Below, one piece after another: positions 25,133 to 33,174 of a stretch of 48,751 nucleotides of DNA (position 1 is the stretch's first letter; the number at the start of each line of letters is the position of its first letter). The DNA lies in the NCBI GenBank assembly GCA_035288925.1, contig DATDYS010000018.1, positions 1 through 48,751 of the forward strand, in the 5' to 3' direction. The DNA is from Candidatus Nanoarchaeia archaeon (GTDB lineage Archaea; Nanobdellota; Nanobdellia; Woesearchaeales; GW2011-AR4). The notes below the pieces were generated by a model. The model worked only from the letters and a program-made list of their open reading frames with translations. It was not told the origin of the DNA and made no database searches. A program made the position numbers and the translations under genes.

Positions 25133-27325
25133 CTAAACCCCAACCATCGCGTCTGTTAATCCTTTCCTGTTCTTGATTTCCTGCACAACTTTCATCTGCA
25201 ACTCAGTAGGCAATCTTTCAAACGATTGGTCAACCAGAGATGAAACACCACGGCCTTCTGTTGCCGACCTCAATTCTGACGACCAGTTAAGCATGTTCAT
25301 AACTGGCAACTTGCCTTTTACAAACACTAAAGCCTCTTCCTGATTTAAATCAAGCAGCTGCCCTCTCATGCTGGAAACCAGTTTTGTGACGCTGCCCATG
25401 TATTCTACGGGAGCTTCGATTAACATTATCTGCATTGGCTCCAGCATTATTGGATTGGCGGTTAACATCGCTCCCCTAATGCCTTCCCTGATAGCGGGAT
25501 AAACCTGCGCAGGCCCTCGGTGAATTGCATCCTCGTGCAAATTTATATCAGTCATAATAACTTTTACTCCGGTGCACGGCTCTCTTGCAAGAGGGCCTTT
25601 TCGCATGACTTCTTCAAACATGTCAAAAACCATTTCCAAAACTTCTCCAAGATAAACCTGCCCCCTTGTCTTGTCAACGAAAATATTTCCGTTGTAAATG
25701 TTCTTAATCTGCTCCGCTTCCTTTGAGTCCATTCCGGTGCTCATGAATGCAGCCCTTATGTCAAGATTCTTTTTCTTGATTCTTCCTTCGGGAACTGTGC
25801 CTTCCTTAATCAGCTTGTAAACTTCAGGAGTCAAAGGCTCAACAATAAAATAAAACTTGTTGTGCTTGTTGGGAGTTTTTCCTTCAATTTCCTGAGATAA
25901 TTTGGTAACACATTCCCTGAAAACAACTATTGGCGAAGAGGTTTTTACTTCAACGCCTTTTTCCGTTATGATTCTGTTCTCTATAATTTCAAGGTGCAGT
26001 TCGCCCATTCCGGAAATTAAATTTTCTCCGGTCTCTTCATTGATTTCTATGACAATGGAAGGGTCTTCTCTTCCGACTTTTCTGAGAACTTCAATCAGCT
26101 TGGGCAAATCTGAAGCTTTTTTGGGCTCAATGGCTTTTGTAATGACCGGCTCAAAAATATGCTTCAGCTCTTCAAATGCCTGCTCCGGCTCTGTTGTAAC
26201 AGTCTCGCCCGCGTTTCCAAGAACTCCGGAAATTGCGCAGACATTCCCGGACGGGATGCTGTCGGTCAATTCCGGCTTGATGCCGTTGTAAACATAAAGA
26301 TTCTGGATTCTCTGGTTTTGCTTTGCATTATTGAGATAAACTTCCGTTCCGCTTGTCAGGGTTCCCGAGAACAATCTTCCAGCTGAAATATCCTTTCCCG
26401 AGCGCGGGTCAACTACAATTCGTGTAATGACGAACGCCAGCTTCCCTAATGGATTGCAGGTCATTAAATCTTTTCCCAACTCGCTTTCTATTTCCCCATG
26501 CCAGATTTTTGGAATCCTGTAATTCTGCGCAAATATAGGGTCAGGAAGGTGCCTGATTACCATATCAAGAATGACTTCGTGAAGGGGGGCCTTCTCCCAC
26601 ACCCATGCCTTTCTTTCATCTTCGCTCATTTCATAAATTTTTAAAATATCCTTGAATGAAACATTTTTCTTCTGCATGTACGCGAATGACAGCGCCCAGT
26701 TTTCTCTTGCTGAGCCGAAAGCGACTGAGCCGTCCAAAATGCTGACTTTCCATGCCTGCTTGAACTGCGGCTCTGCAATGTCCTCAATCAGCTTGTTAAA
26801 GCCTGCAATCAGCTTAAGAAATCTCTCCTGTATTTTCTCCGGAGAAAGATGGAGCTCCTTAACCAGCCTGTCAACCTTGTTGATGAAAAGAACCGGTTTG
26901 ACACGCTCTCTTAAAGCCTGCTTGACAACTGTTTCTGTCTGCGGCATCACACCTTCGACAGCGCAAATCAAAACAACCGTTCCGTCAATGGCCCTCATTG
27001 CCCTTGTGACGTTTCCGCCAAAATCAACGTGGCCCGGAGTGTCGATTAAATTGATTAAATATTCATGCTCCGCAAAATTGTGAATCATAGAAACGTTTGC
27101 AGCATCAACTGTCATCAGCCTTTCCTGCTCGTCCTTATGCTGCCAGGTCTGCATGCCTTCTTCTAAATCGCCTGCGTATTTAGAAGCCATATGTCCGGCT
27201 GCTGCAAGAAGATTGTCTGTGAACGCCGTTTTTCCGTGATGTATATGCGCAGAAGTGCAGATATTCCTGATGAATTTGGGATTTTTAGTAATCCTTGCAA
27301 CCGCATCCGCCATTCGTTCTGCCAT
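25133..27325 (-). CDS. fusA: Translation elongation factor aEF-2
   Basis: 730 aa with AHIHHGKT (G1), DTPGH, NKVDR and the diphthamide-region HEDAIHRGPAQ. Confidence 0.92.
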   Translation of the reverse strand: MAERMADAVARITKNPKFIRNICTSAHIHHGKTAFTDNLLAAAGHMASKYAGDLEEGMQTWQHKDEQERLMTVDAANVSMIHNFAEHEYLINLIDTPGHVDFGGNVTRAMRAIDGTVVLICAVEGVMPQTETVVKQALRERVKPVLFINKVDRLVKELHLSPEKIQERFLKLIAGFNKLIEDIAEPQFKQAWKVSILDGSVAFGSARENWALSFAYMQKKNVSFKDILKIYEMSEDERKAWVWEKAPLHEVILDMVIRHLPDPIFAQNYRIPKIWHGEIESELGKDLMTCNPLGKLAFVITRIVVDPRSGKDISAGRLFSGTLTSGTEVYLNNAKQNQRIQNLYVYNGIKPELTDSIPSGNVCAISGVLGNAGETVTTEPEQAFEELKHIFEPVITKAIEPKKASDLPKLIEVLRKVGREDPSIVIEINEETGENLISGMGELHLEIIENRIITEKGVEVKTSSPIVVFRECVTKLSQEIEGKTPNKHNKFYFIVEPLTPEVYKLIKEGTVPEGRIKKKNLDIRAAFMSTGMDSKEAEQIKNIYNGNIFVDKTRGQVYLGEVLEMVFDMFEEVMRKGPLAREPCTGVKVIMTDINLHEDAIHRGPAQVYPAIREGIRGAMLTANPIMLEPMQIMLIEAPVEYMGSVTKLVSSMRGQLLDLNQEEALVFVKGKLPVMNMLNWSSELRSATEGRGVSSLVDQSFERLPTELQMKVVQEIKNRKGLTDAMVGV

Positions 27326-27386
27326 TTTTAGTTACCTTTTTAAAATTTTAATTTTGTAAGTTGAAGTTATTTTTAAATGTTTATGT

Positions 27387-27773
27387 TTATGGTTCAGACG
27401 GAATTTGTTCTATTCTTCTTTCAAGGCGTTCAAAAGCCTCTCCGGAATCCTGAGTTGTAAAATCTTGGCGAGGAGTATCTAATTTGCTTCCTGAAACAGT
27501 GAAGGCATTTGTAGGGGCATCATATTGAAAAGTGATAGTATTGCCGCTACCTCTTTTGCCTTCATAAATTAAACGCCACCAAAATTCCCCAGCATTAAAT
27601 TGAAGTGGCCAATCTCCAGATTTTCTTAGACACCCAAATTCATCCATGCGCTGCTCAAATGTCAATCTCGTCAAATATTTTGTTGGTTTTGCCCATTCAT
27701 AAGGTGCTATGACAGAATCTAAAGTTGATGTTATAGCTTGAATAAATTTTCCATCAGCTAAATTTTCCGGCAT
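27387..27773 (-). CDS. Hypothetical 128-aa protein between ndk and aEF-2
   Basis: The ATG lies 16 nt after the ndk stop, with ggggat SD-like. Trp/Phe-rich (GEFWWRLIYEGKRGSGNTITFQY). No family recognised. Confidence 0.5.
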   Translation of the reverse strand: MPENLADGKFIQAITSTLDSVIAPYEWAKPTKYLTRLTFEQRMDEFGCLRKSGDWPLQFNAGEFWWRLIYEGKRGSGNTITFQYDAPTNAFTVSGSKLDTPRQDFTTQDSGEAFERLERRIEQIPSEP

Positions 27774-27789
27774 TTAAAATCCCCAATAA

Positions 27790-28269
27790 CTAGAAAACAT
27801 GCTTCTCGTGAACTGTTGTGTAAGTGTGCAGCTCATTCGGCTTGAACCATAATTTGATTTCAGAGTCAGCTTCTGCTTTGCTGCCGGAAGCGTGAACTAC
27901 ATTTTTACCGCCTGTGCCTTTCTTTGAAGCGTATGCCATGCTGATGTGGGCATAATCCCCCCTTATTGTTCCGGGCGGTGATTCATGGGGCGATGTTGAG
28001 CCAACCAGCCTTCTTACATTCTCAACTGCGTGAACTCCTTCAAGAACAACCGCCACAACCGGCCCTTCCGTTATGAAATCAACCAGCTCTTTAAAAAAAG
28101 GCTTTGCTTTATGAACGCCATAATGAGTCTCAGCAAATTTTTTGTCTATCCAAACCATCTTCATTCCAACGATTTTCAAGCCTGCATTCTCAAATCTCTT
28201 TATTATTTCACCCACAAGGCTTCTTTCAACGCCGTCCGGCTTGACAATCAAAAGGCTTCGCTCAATCAT
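27790..28269 (-). CDS. ndk: Nucleoside diphosphate kinase
   Basis: The start MIERSLLIVKPDGV overlaps the L24e stop (ATGA). NVVHASGS active-site His. Confidence 0.88.
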   Translation of the reverse strand: MIERSLLIVKPDGVERSLVGEIIKRFENAGLKIVGMKMVWIDKKFAETHYGVHKAKPFFKELVDFITEGPVVAVVLEGVHAVENVRRLVGSTSPHESPPGTIRGDYAHISMAYASKKGTGGKNVVHASGSKAEADSEIKLWFKPNELHTYTTVHEKHVF

Positions 28270-28457
28270 TCCAATCCCTCTTGCTTCTCGCGCTTGAATT
28301 TCTTGCTCCACTTAGTCTCTAGGAATTTTCTTCCGAGCTTTATGTGGTTCTTCTCGCACTTGGATGAGCAGAAATATAATACTTTCGCATCTTTCTGCAC
28401 GTAAATCTTCCCGGTTCCCTTTTCAATATTTATTCCGCAAAAAGTGCATTTTGGCAT
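28266..28457 (-). CDS. rpl24e: Ribosomal protein L24e
   Basis: MPKCTFCGINIEKGTGKIYVQKDAKVLYFCSSKC. Confidence 0.9.
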   Translation of the reverse strand: MPKCTFCGINIEKGTGKIYVQKDAKVLYFCSSKCEKNHIKLGRKFLETKWSKKFKREKQEGLE

Positions 28458-28503
28458 TTTGGATTACCTTTTTTATTTTTATTATTAAAATTAAAATAAA
28501 TTA

Positions 28504-28830
28504 TTAACCCGAACCGCGACCGCCTTTTGTTAATTGGCCCGCTTCGAATTCTGTTTCCCTAAGCATTAAAGTGTCGCCAATCTGGATTGGGCCTTTTACG
28601 TTTCGCCTTAAAATCTTGTTCTTGTCGCGCCCGTCCATTACCCTGCATCTTACCTGGATTGCTTCCCCTCTTGCGCCGGTTCTTCCGATAATCTCTTCAA
28701 CCTTTGCCGGAGTTGCGAACGAAAAATTAACTGAGCCTTTTACCTGCTCTTCCTGAGGCTTGGGCGTTCTCTTCTTAACCTGCCCCCTGTCTTCCTCTTT
28801 CAGATGCTTTGCTGGGTCTTCTTTAGCCAT
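28504..28830 (-). CDS. rps28e: Ribosomal protein S28e with ~38-aa Lys/Glu-rich N-terminal extension
   Basis: Core AKVEEIIGRTGARGEAIQVRCRVMDGRDKNKILRRNVKGPIQIGDTLMLRETEFEA. There is no internal Met before the core. Confidence 0.85.
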   Translation of the reverse strand: MAKEDPAKHLKEEDRGQVKKRTPKPQEEQVKGSVNFSFATPAKVEEIIGRTGARGEAIQVRCRVMDGRDKNKILRRNVKGPIQIGDTLMLRETEFEAGQLTKGGRGSG

Positions 28831-28831
28831 A

Positions 28832-29176
28832 TTACTTCTTCATGCCGTCGCTAATCTGCTTTATCAGCTGTTTTGCTTCTCCCTCAACAACGATTGCCAC
28901 GCACCCGGTTGGAACATCAATGCCAGCTGCTGCGCCAAGCTCTTCCTTGCTTGGAACCTGCACGCACGGAATTCCTTTTTCTTCAGAAAGAAGAGGTATG
29001 TGCATTGTAATTTCAGGCGGATTGATATCTTTTGCAATCACAACAAGCTTAGCCTGCCCTTTTTCAATAGCTTTTGTTGCTTCGTTTGTTCCTTTTCTCA
29101 GCTTTCCTGTAGCCTTGGCTACTTCGATAGCCTCGTAGACCTTGTCAATCATTTCCTTTGGTGCTTCAAAAACCAT
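28832..29176 (-). CDS. rpl7ae: Ribosomal protein L7Ae
   Basis: The start MVFEAPKEM is preceded by ggagga. KLRKGTNEATKAIEKGQAKLVVIAKD. The track ORF extension to 29266 is treated as leader. Confidence 0.9.
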   Translation of the reverse strand: MVFEAPKEMIDKVYEAIEVAKATGKLRKGTNEATKAIEKGQAKLVVIAKDINPPEITMHIPLLSEEKGIPCVQVPSKEELGAAAGIDVPTGCVAIVVEGEAKQLIKQISDGMKK

Positions 29177-29227
29177 TTTTAATCGTCCTCCGCTTTCCAA
29201 TATAATTGAGGATAAACAAAGAATTTG

Positions 29228-29277
29228 CTTACCTCTCTCAGCCAGTATTTTTACCGGCATCATCAATCATAGGTAAG
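29228..29277 (-). promoter_or_regulatory. Box C/D-like K-turn motif in the L7Ae mRNA leader
   Basis: The minus strand reads CUUACCU-AUGAU-UGAUGA-U-GCCGG-uaaaaaua-CUGGC-UGA-GAG-AGGUAAG. This gives a 7-bp outer stem, UGAUGA and CUGA boxes, and a 5-bp inner stem. Confidence 0.5.
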
Positions 29278-29293
29278 CTATAGGAAATTTATG

Positions 29294-29306
29294 CTATTTA
29301 TATAGG
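29294..29306 (-). promoter_or_regulatory. TATA box for the L7Ae-S28e-L24e-ndk operon
   Basis: The minus strand reads cctatataaatag, about 20 nt upstream of the K-turn-like element. Confidence 0.5.
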
Positions 29307-29375
29307 TTTCGGAAAATAAGATTTTGACCAGCCTCCCAAAAATTTATAACCATACATATAGTTCTAAACATTCCC

Positions 29376-29723
29376 ATGAGAATTGGATTGGTCAAACTTA
29401 TAAGGACTCTCACAAGAACAAATGGATCTGCCAATGAGCAGCAGGCAGTGCTACAAACTGAAAAACTGACAAGATATCAGGTATACTGCCAGTCATGCGG
29501 CAGTGATATTACTGAAAAAGGTGGAGAAGTGGCCATATCTTCTGGTAAAGTATATTGCGCTCCGGATAAAGGAATGAGATATGGGTGTATTATTCAGGCA
29601 GCACATGACCGTAGGGAACACAGTACTACAGCAGACTATTTTGACAATAGCCAATTGCAGGAAGGGATTGCCAAAGGCAAATTACTGCACTATGGCACTC
29701 TTGAAAATGCACTGCACAGTTGA
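29376..29723 (+). CDS. Hypothetical 115-aa Cys-containing protein (atypical orphan)
   Basis: CQSCG...C...C pattern. TATA-like aaaaatttataac lies about 25 nt upstream. Confidence 0.4.
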   Translation: MRIGLVKLIRTLTRTNGSANEQQAVLQTEKLTRYQVYCQSCGSDITEKGGEVAISSGKVYCAPDKGMRYGCIIQAAHDRREHSTTADYFDNSQLQEGIAKGKLLHYGTLENALHS

Positions 29724-29759
29724 ATAAATTTATATACAATTTAAGATTCTGTCAACAAG

Positions 29760-30656
29760 ATGGTTTACAACTGGCTTGCTACAAATTTTATGCCTGCTTT
29801 GATAACTTTTGCCCTGTCATTGATTGTCCTTCTAATAGGATCAATCACTGATTTGAAAACACGTGAAGTTCCTGACTGGGTTAATTACGGGCTGATAAGC
29901 GCGGGAATCGGGCTGAATTTATTATTTACAGTTATATATCAAACTCCGTCATTCATAATAAATAGCCTCGTCGGACTGATAATTTTCTTCGGCATCGCTT
30001 ACTTGATGTTCTACATGGGGCAATGGGGCGGCGGAGACAGCAAGATGATAATGGGATTGGGTGCTGCAATAGGAATTAATGTCGGCTCGTTTTCCTCGGA
30101 ATTTTTATTTGGGTTTCTGATTAATGCTTTATTCGCAGGCGCAATCTATGGCCTGCTGTGGAGTTTCTATCTTGCATACAAAAACAGGCAGAAATTCAGG
30201 AAAGAATTCAAAAAAGTTTTGTCGCAGGAGAAATCAGAAAAAATTAAGTGGATTATCCTGGCATTGACCATTCTTTCAGTTATTGTATTTTTTATTATAA
30301 AAATTAATTACATCAAAATCCTGGTTTTATCCTTTGCATTCATGGTTTTAACTACATTTTACCTCTGGGCATTTGTAAGGGCAATAGAAAAATCATCAAT
30401 GTACAAACTAGTTGAGCCCTCAAAATTAACCGAAGGAGACTGGATTGTGAAAGACATTTATTACAGAAAGGAGTATATCACAGGCCCGAAGGATTTAGGC
30501 ATAGAAAAAAAGCAAATCATAAAACTCATAGAGCTTTACAGTAAAAAGAAAGTTGGAAAGATTTTAATAAAAGAAGGGATTCCTTTTGTTCCGAGCTTTT
30601 TGATTGCTTTCATCATCACATTTTTCCTCGGAAACCCGATGATGTGGATTGTTTAA
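29760..30656 (+). CDS. A24-family prepilin/preflagellin peptidase
   Basis: SITDLKTREVPDWV and WGGGDSKMIMGLGA (the two catalytic Asp motifs). Polytopic. Confidence 0.75.
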   Translation: MVYNWLATNFMPALITFALSLIVLLIGSITDLKTREVPDWVNYGLISAGIGLNLLFTVIYQTPSFIINSLVGLIIFFGIAYLMFYMGQWGGGDSKMIMGLGAAIGINVGSFSSEFLFGFLINALFAGAIYGLLWSFYLAYKNRQKFRKEFKKVLSQEKSEKIKWIILALTILSVIVFFIIKINYIKILVLSFAFMVLTTFYLWAFVRAIEKSSMYKLVEPSKLTEGDWIVKDIYYRKEYITGPKDLGIEKKQIIKLIELYSKKKVGKILIKEGIPFVPSFLIAFIITFFLGNPMMWIV

Positions 30657-30716
30657 AAATAAAGGTTAAATTTCAGAAATATAGCTCTCGAAGACGAATT
30701 AGTAAATGCAAAAAGA

Positions 30717-31259
30717 ATGGCACAGCGAAGTGCTAATCAGCTATTAGAGCTCCAATTTCAAGAATTGCTGGGAAGAAGCACAAGCCAACTCGAAACTACC
30801 ATACTTAAAATTGAAAAGGGTATCGGAGTTGCCATTCTTGTGGACACCTTAAATCAAAAAGAGCATCAACCATTGCTACTTGAATATGCAGACAAGTTTG
30901 TTGTTGAATTTTTAGGATATTTGAAAACTGGAATTCTGCACAATACTCAAATAGTAGAATTATTAATTGCAAGAAGGAGGGGTAAATGGGCAAGTCCACT
31001 TGTAGCTGATAGTTACCACGTAGAACGAACAGGTCCAGGACATTTCCAAATTAAGAGGGGCAGCTTAACATTTCCAATCGTACGCAAATATGCCGATCAC
31101 ACGCAATATAGGCCTCCAGTCGTTGCTGCCGCCGACACTGGGGGGAGCCAAGTTTATAATAATGTTCCACCCCAACGTGGACAAGACCTACCTCGCGAAA
31201 GTGTATTTAGAGTTATAGTAGGAACTGCAAGAGATTTGTATCGTGCAATTAGATATTAA
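30717..31259 (+). CDS. Hypothetical 180-aa protein (atypical orphan)
   Basis: Clean ATG ORF with no recognisable motif. G+C visibly above its neighbours. Confidence 0.4.
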   Translation: MAQRSANQLLELQFQELLGRSTSQLETTILKIEKGIGVAILVDTLNQKEHQPLLLEYADKFVVEFLGYLKTGILHNTQIVELLIARRRGKWASPLVADSYHVERTGPGHFQIKRGSLTFPIVRKYADHTQYRPPVVAAADTGGSQVYNNVPPQRGQDLPRESVFRVIVGTARDLYRAIRY

Positions 31260-31264
31260 TTAAA

Positions 31265-31807
31265 CTAAGGTATCCTTCTTATCTGCCTGGAGAAATATTC
31301 TTCCTCTTCGTCGGACAAAACAACCGGCTTTGGAGCTGAAACTTTCGGAGTTTTCTTTTCTTTTTCAAAATTGCCGACGTTTTTGGCAGAGTCTTTTAAT
31401 TTTAGCTCTACTGTGGACATTTCCTCCTCGCTCAGCTGCTTCGGCTGCCATTGTAAATTAATCCCGTCATTCTCTTTTCTTGGGATAACATTGATCATGA
31501 AATGAGCAACAGTCTGGCCTGCCGGAATTCCATTTGCGACAAAAATGTTAGTTCCCTGCGCGCCGAGCGCCTCAAAAATTGCAGTTGAAATTTTATTGGA
31601 TACCTGGAACATTTTTCCGATTTCAGAATCCGGAACTTGCTCTATTATAGGGTAATGGTTTTTTGGAATCACAAAGCAATGGCCAGGATTTGCTCCGTTG
31701 ACATCGAGAACCGCCATGGTTAAGTCATCCTCATAAACTTTCTTGGATGGAATTCCACCTCCGACAATCTGGCATATTATGCAGTTTTCCCGAACTTTGC
31801 CTGCCAT
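31265..31807 (-). CDS. HIT-superfamily-like protein with degenerate histidine triad
   Basis: CIICQIVGG...GHCFVIPKNHY, but the triad region reads HFMINVIPR. Lys/Glu-rich C-terminal tail. Confidence 0.6.
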   Translation of the reverse strand: MAGKVRENCIICQIVGGGIPSKKVYEDDLTMAVLDVNGANPGHCFVIPKNHYPIIEQVPDSEIGKMFQVSNKISTAIFEALGAQGTNIFVANGIPAGQTVAHFMINVIPRKENDGINLQWQPKQLSEEEMSTVELKLKDSAKNVGNFEKEKKTPKVSAPKPVVLSDEEEEYFSRQIRRIP

Positions 31808-32499
31808 TACTTAACACCCAGAATTTTTGAAATATCGTCCAGATTGATTCCGCTCTTCGGCTGGTCAACTGCTAAATTAGTTTTAGCCTGTTTTTTTGTT
31901 TTCTTCGGAGGCTCTTCCTTTGGAGTTTCATTAATTTTCTTTTCCGGAAGTGGCGCAAACTGCGGAATAAACGGCGGTTCTTCTTTTTCTACTGTACCTC
32001 CAAGCGCAGCAGCGAGCTTGCTGCCTATCAACTCAATCTCATTTTCATTCATGGTTTTCTGCGGCAAAACAAAATTTATGCCGTCATTCTCTTTTCTCGG
32101 AATCAGATGGACCATGAAATGCTGCACCCTCTGGCCTGCCGCAATCCCATTTGCCACTACAATGTTAGTGCCCTGCGCATCGATGGAGCGGAGCATTGAA
32201 TTGGAAAGCGCTTTCACAACCAGGAAAACATCGGCAACATCCTCATCCGGAAGCTGAGGCATGATGGAATAATGCTCTTTCGTCATTATGAGGGTATGCC
32301 CTGGATTTCCGGGATTGATGTCTAGAATTCCAATTACCTTCTCATCTTCATAGATTTTTTTGGCCTGAATTTTGCCGGAAACTATTTGGCAAAAAATACA
32401 CTGCTTTTTCTGAAAGTCCTTCAGCTCCTCAGGAGACATATTCTTTATTTTCTCCTGCAAAGCTTTCAGCTGCTCCTGCGACATGTTTTCGTCTGCCAT
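31807..32499 (-). CDS. HIT-superfamily-like protein, tandem paralog, degenerate triad
   Basis: CIFCQIVSG...GHTLIMTKEHY. The triad region reads HFMVHLIPR. Its stop overlaps the start of the downstream paralog by 1 nt. Confidence 0.6.
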   Translation of the reverse strand: MADENMSQEQLKALQEKIKNMSPEELKDFQKKQCIFCQIVSGKIQAKKIYEDEKVIGILDINPGNPGHTLIMTKEHYSIMPQLPDEDVADVFLVVKALSNSMLRSIDAQGTNIVVANGIAAGQRVQHFMVHLIPRKENDGINFVLPQKTMNENEIELIGSKLAAALGGTVEKEEPPFIPQFAPLPEKKINETPKEEPPKKTKKQAKTNLAVDQPKSGINLDDISKILGVK

Positions 32500-32538
32500 G
32501 GCTTATCATTATTTACATGTTTTAAATAGTTTACTGGC

Positions 32539-33039
32539 TCAGCATAATAACTGCTCAGGCGCGGGTGTTATCCTTGCTGATTCTCCGGCGCCCTCAGCAA
32601 AAAATGATATTTGCCCTGCATTCGACTTCATGCATAAATAGCCGGGGCTTTCAATTTCCAGGCTGCCTGCATAAAATGAATGCCGGATTTCATTTCCAGC
32701 CGCTAAAAATATGTTATTTGCCGCCCGTGTCTGAAGAGAATCCCTAATAATAGGAACATCATTAAACAGATTAGGGTTAATCCCAGCTTTCAAGTCCAAA
32801 AAATAAACTTTTTCAACATTGCACGGCATCTTAAGCGCCTTCAGCTCTTTTTCGCCATACCTAAGGCCCTGATTCATGTTCCTCAAGTCAATTTCCATTC
32901 TGGACAAGTCAGCCTGGCAGGAGCGCGAAGATATGAGATTAATGAGCTTATAGCCCCCAACCAGTATGGCCATGGAAATAAAAGCAACAATCAGGTATTT
33001 AAAAACTTCCGAAGCGCCCTGCGATTTTCTGTTAAGCAT
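32539..33039 (-). CDS. Putative archaeal type IV pilin-like protein (class III signal peptide)
   Basis: N-terminus MLNRKSQGASEVFKYLIVAFISMAILVGGY: basic residues, then QG|A, then a hydrophobic helix. Confidence 0.4.
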   Translation of the reverse strand: MLNRKSQGASEVFKYLIVAFISMAILVGGYKLINLISSRSCQADLSRMEIDLRNMNQGLRYGEKELKALKMPCNVEKVYFLDLKAGINPNLFNDVPIIRDSLQTRAANNIFLAAGNEIRHSFYAGSLEIESPGYLCMKSNAGQISFFAEGAGESARITPAPEQLLC

Positions 33040-33174
33040 AATGAAAACTTGATTGACACTTATTTAAATGTTGTGGATAGGATAAATTTAAAATAGGGGG
33101 ATAAAAATTATATTGTAAAGTACCGATTTAAGATTAATGCCAAATAAAATTAAAATATTAGTTCAAAAACAAAA

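Noticed and set aside
25520-27083. Plus-strand ORFs inside aEF-2. Similar antisense ORFs occur inside sufB, sufS, kef and other long genes.
   Set aside because: They are antisense to strongly supported conserved genes.
29177-29266. 30-codon N-terminal extension of L7Ae in the ORF track (TTG start).
   Set aside because: ggagga plus ATG at 29176 gives a canonical-length L7Ae. The extension coincides with the K-turn-like leader.
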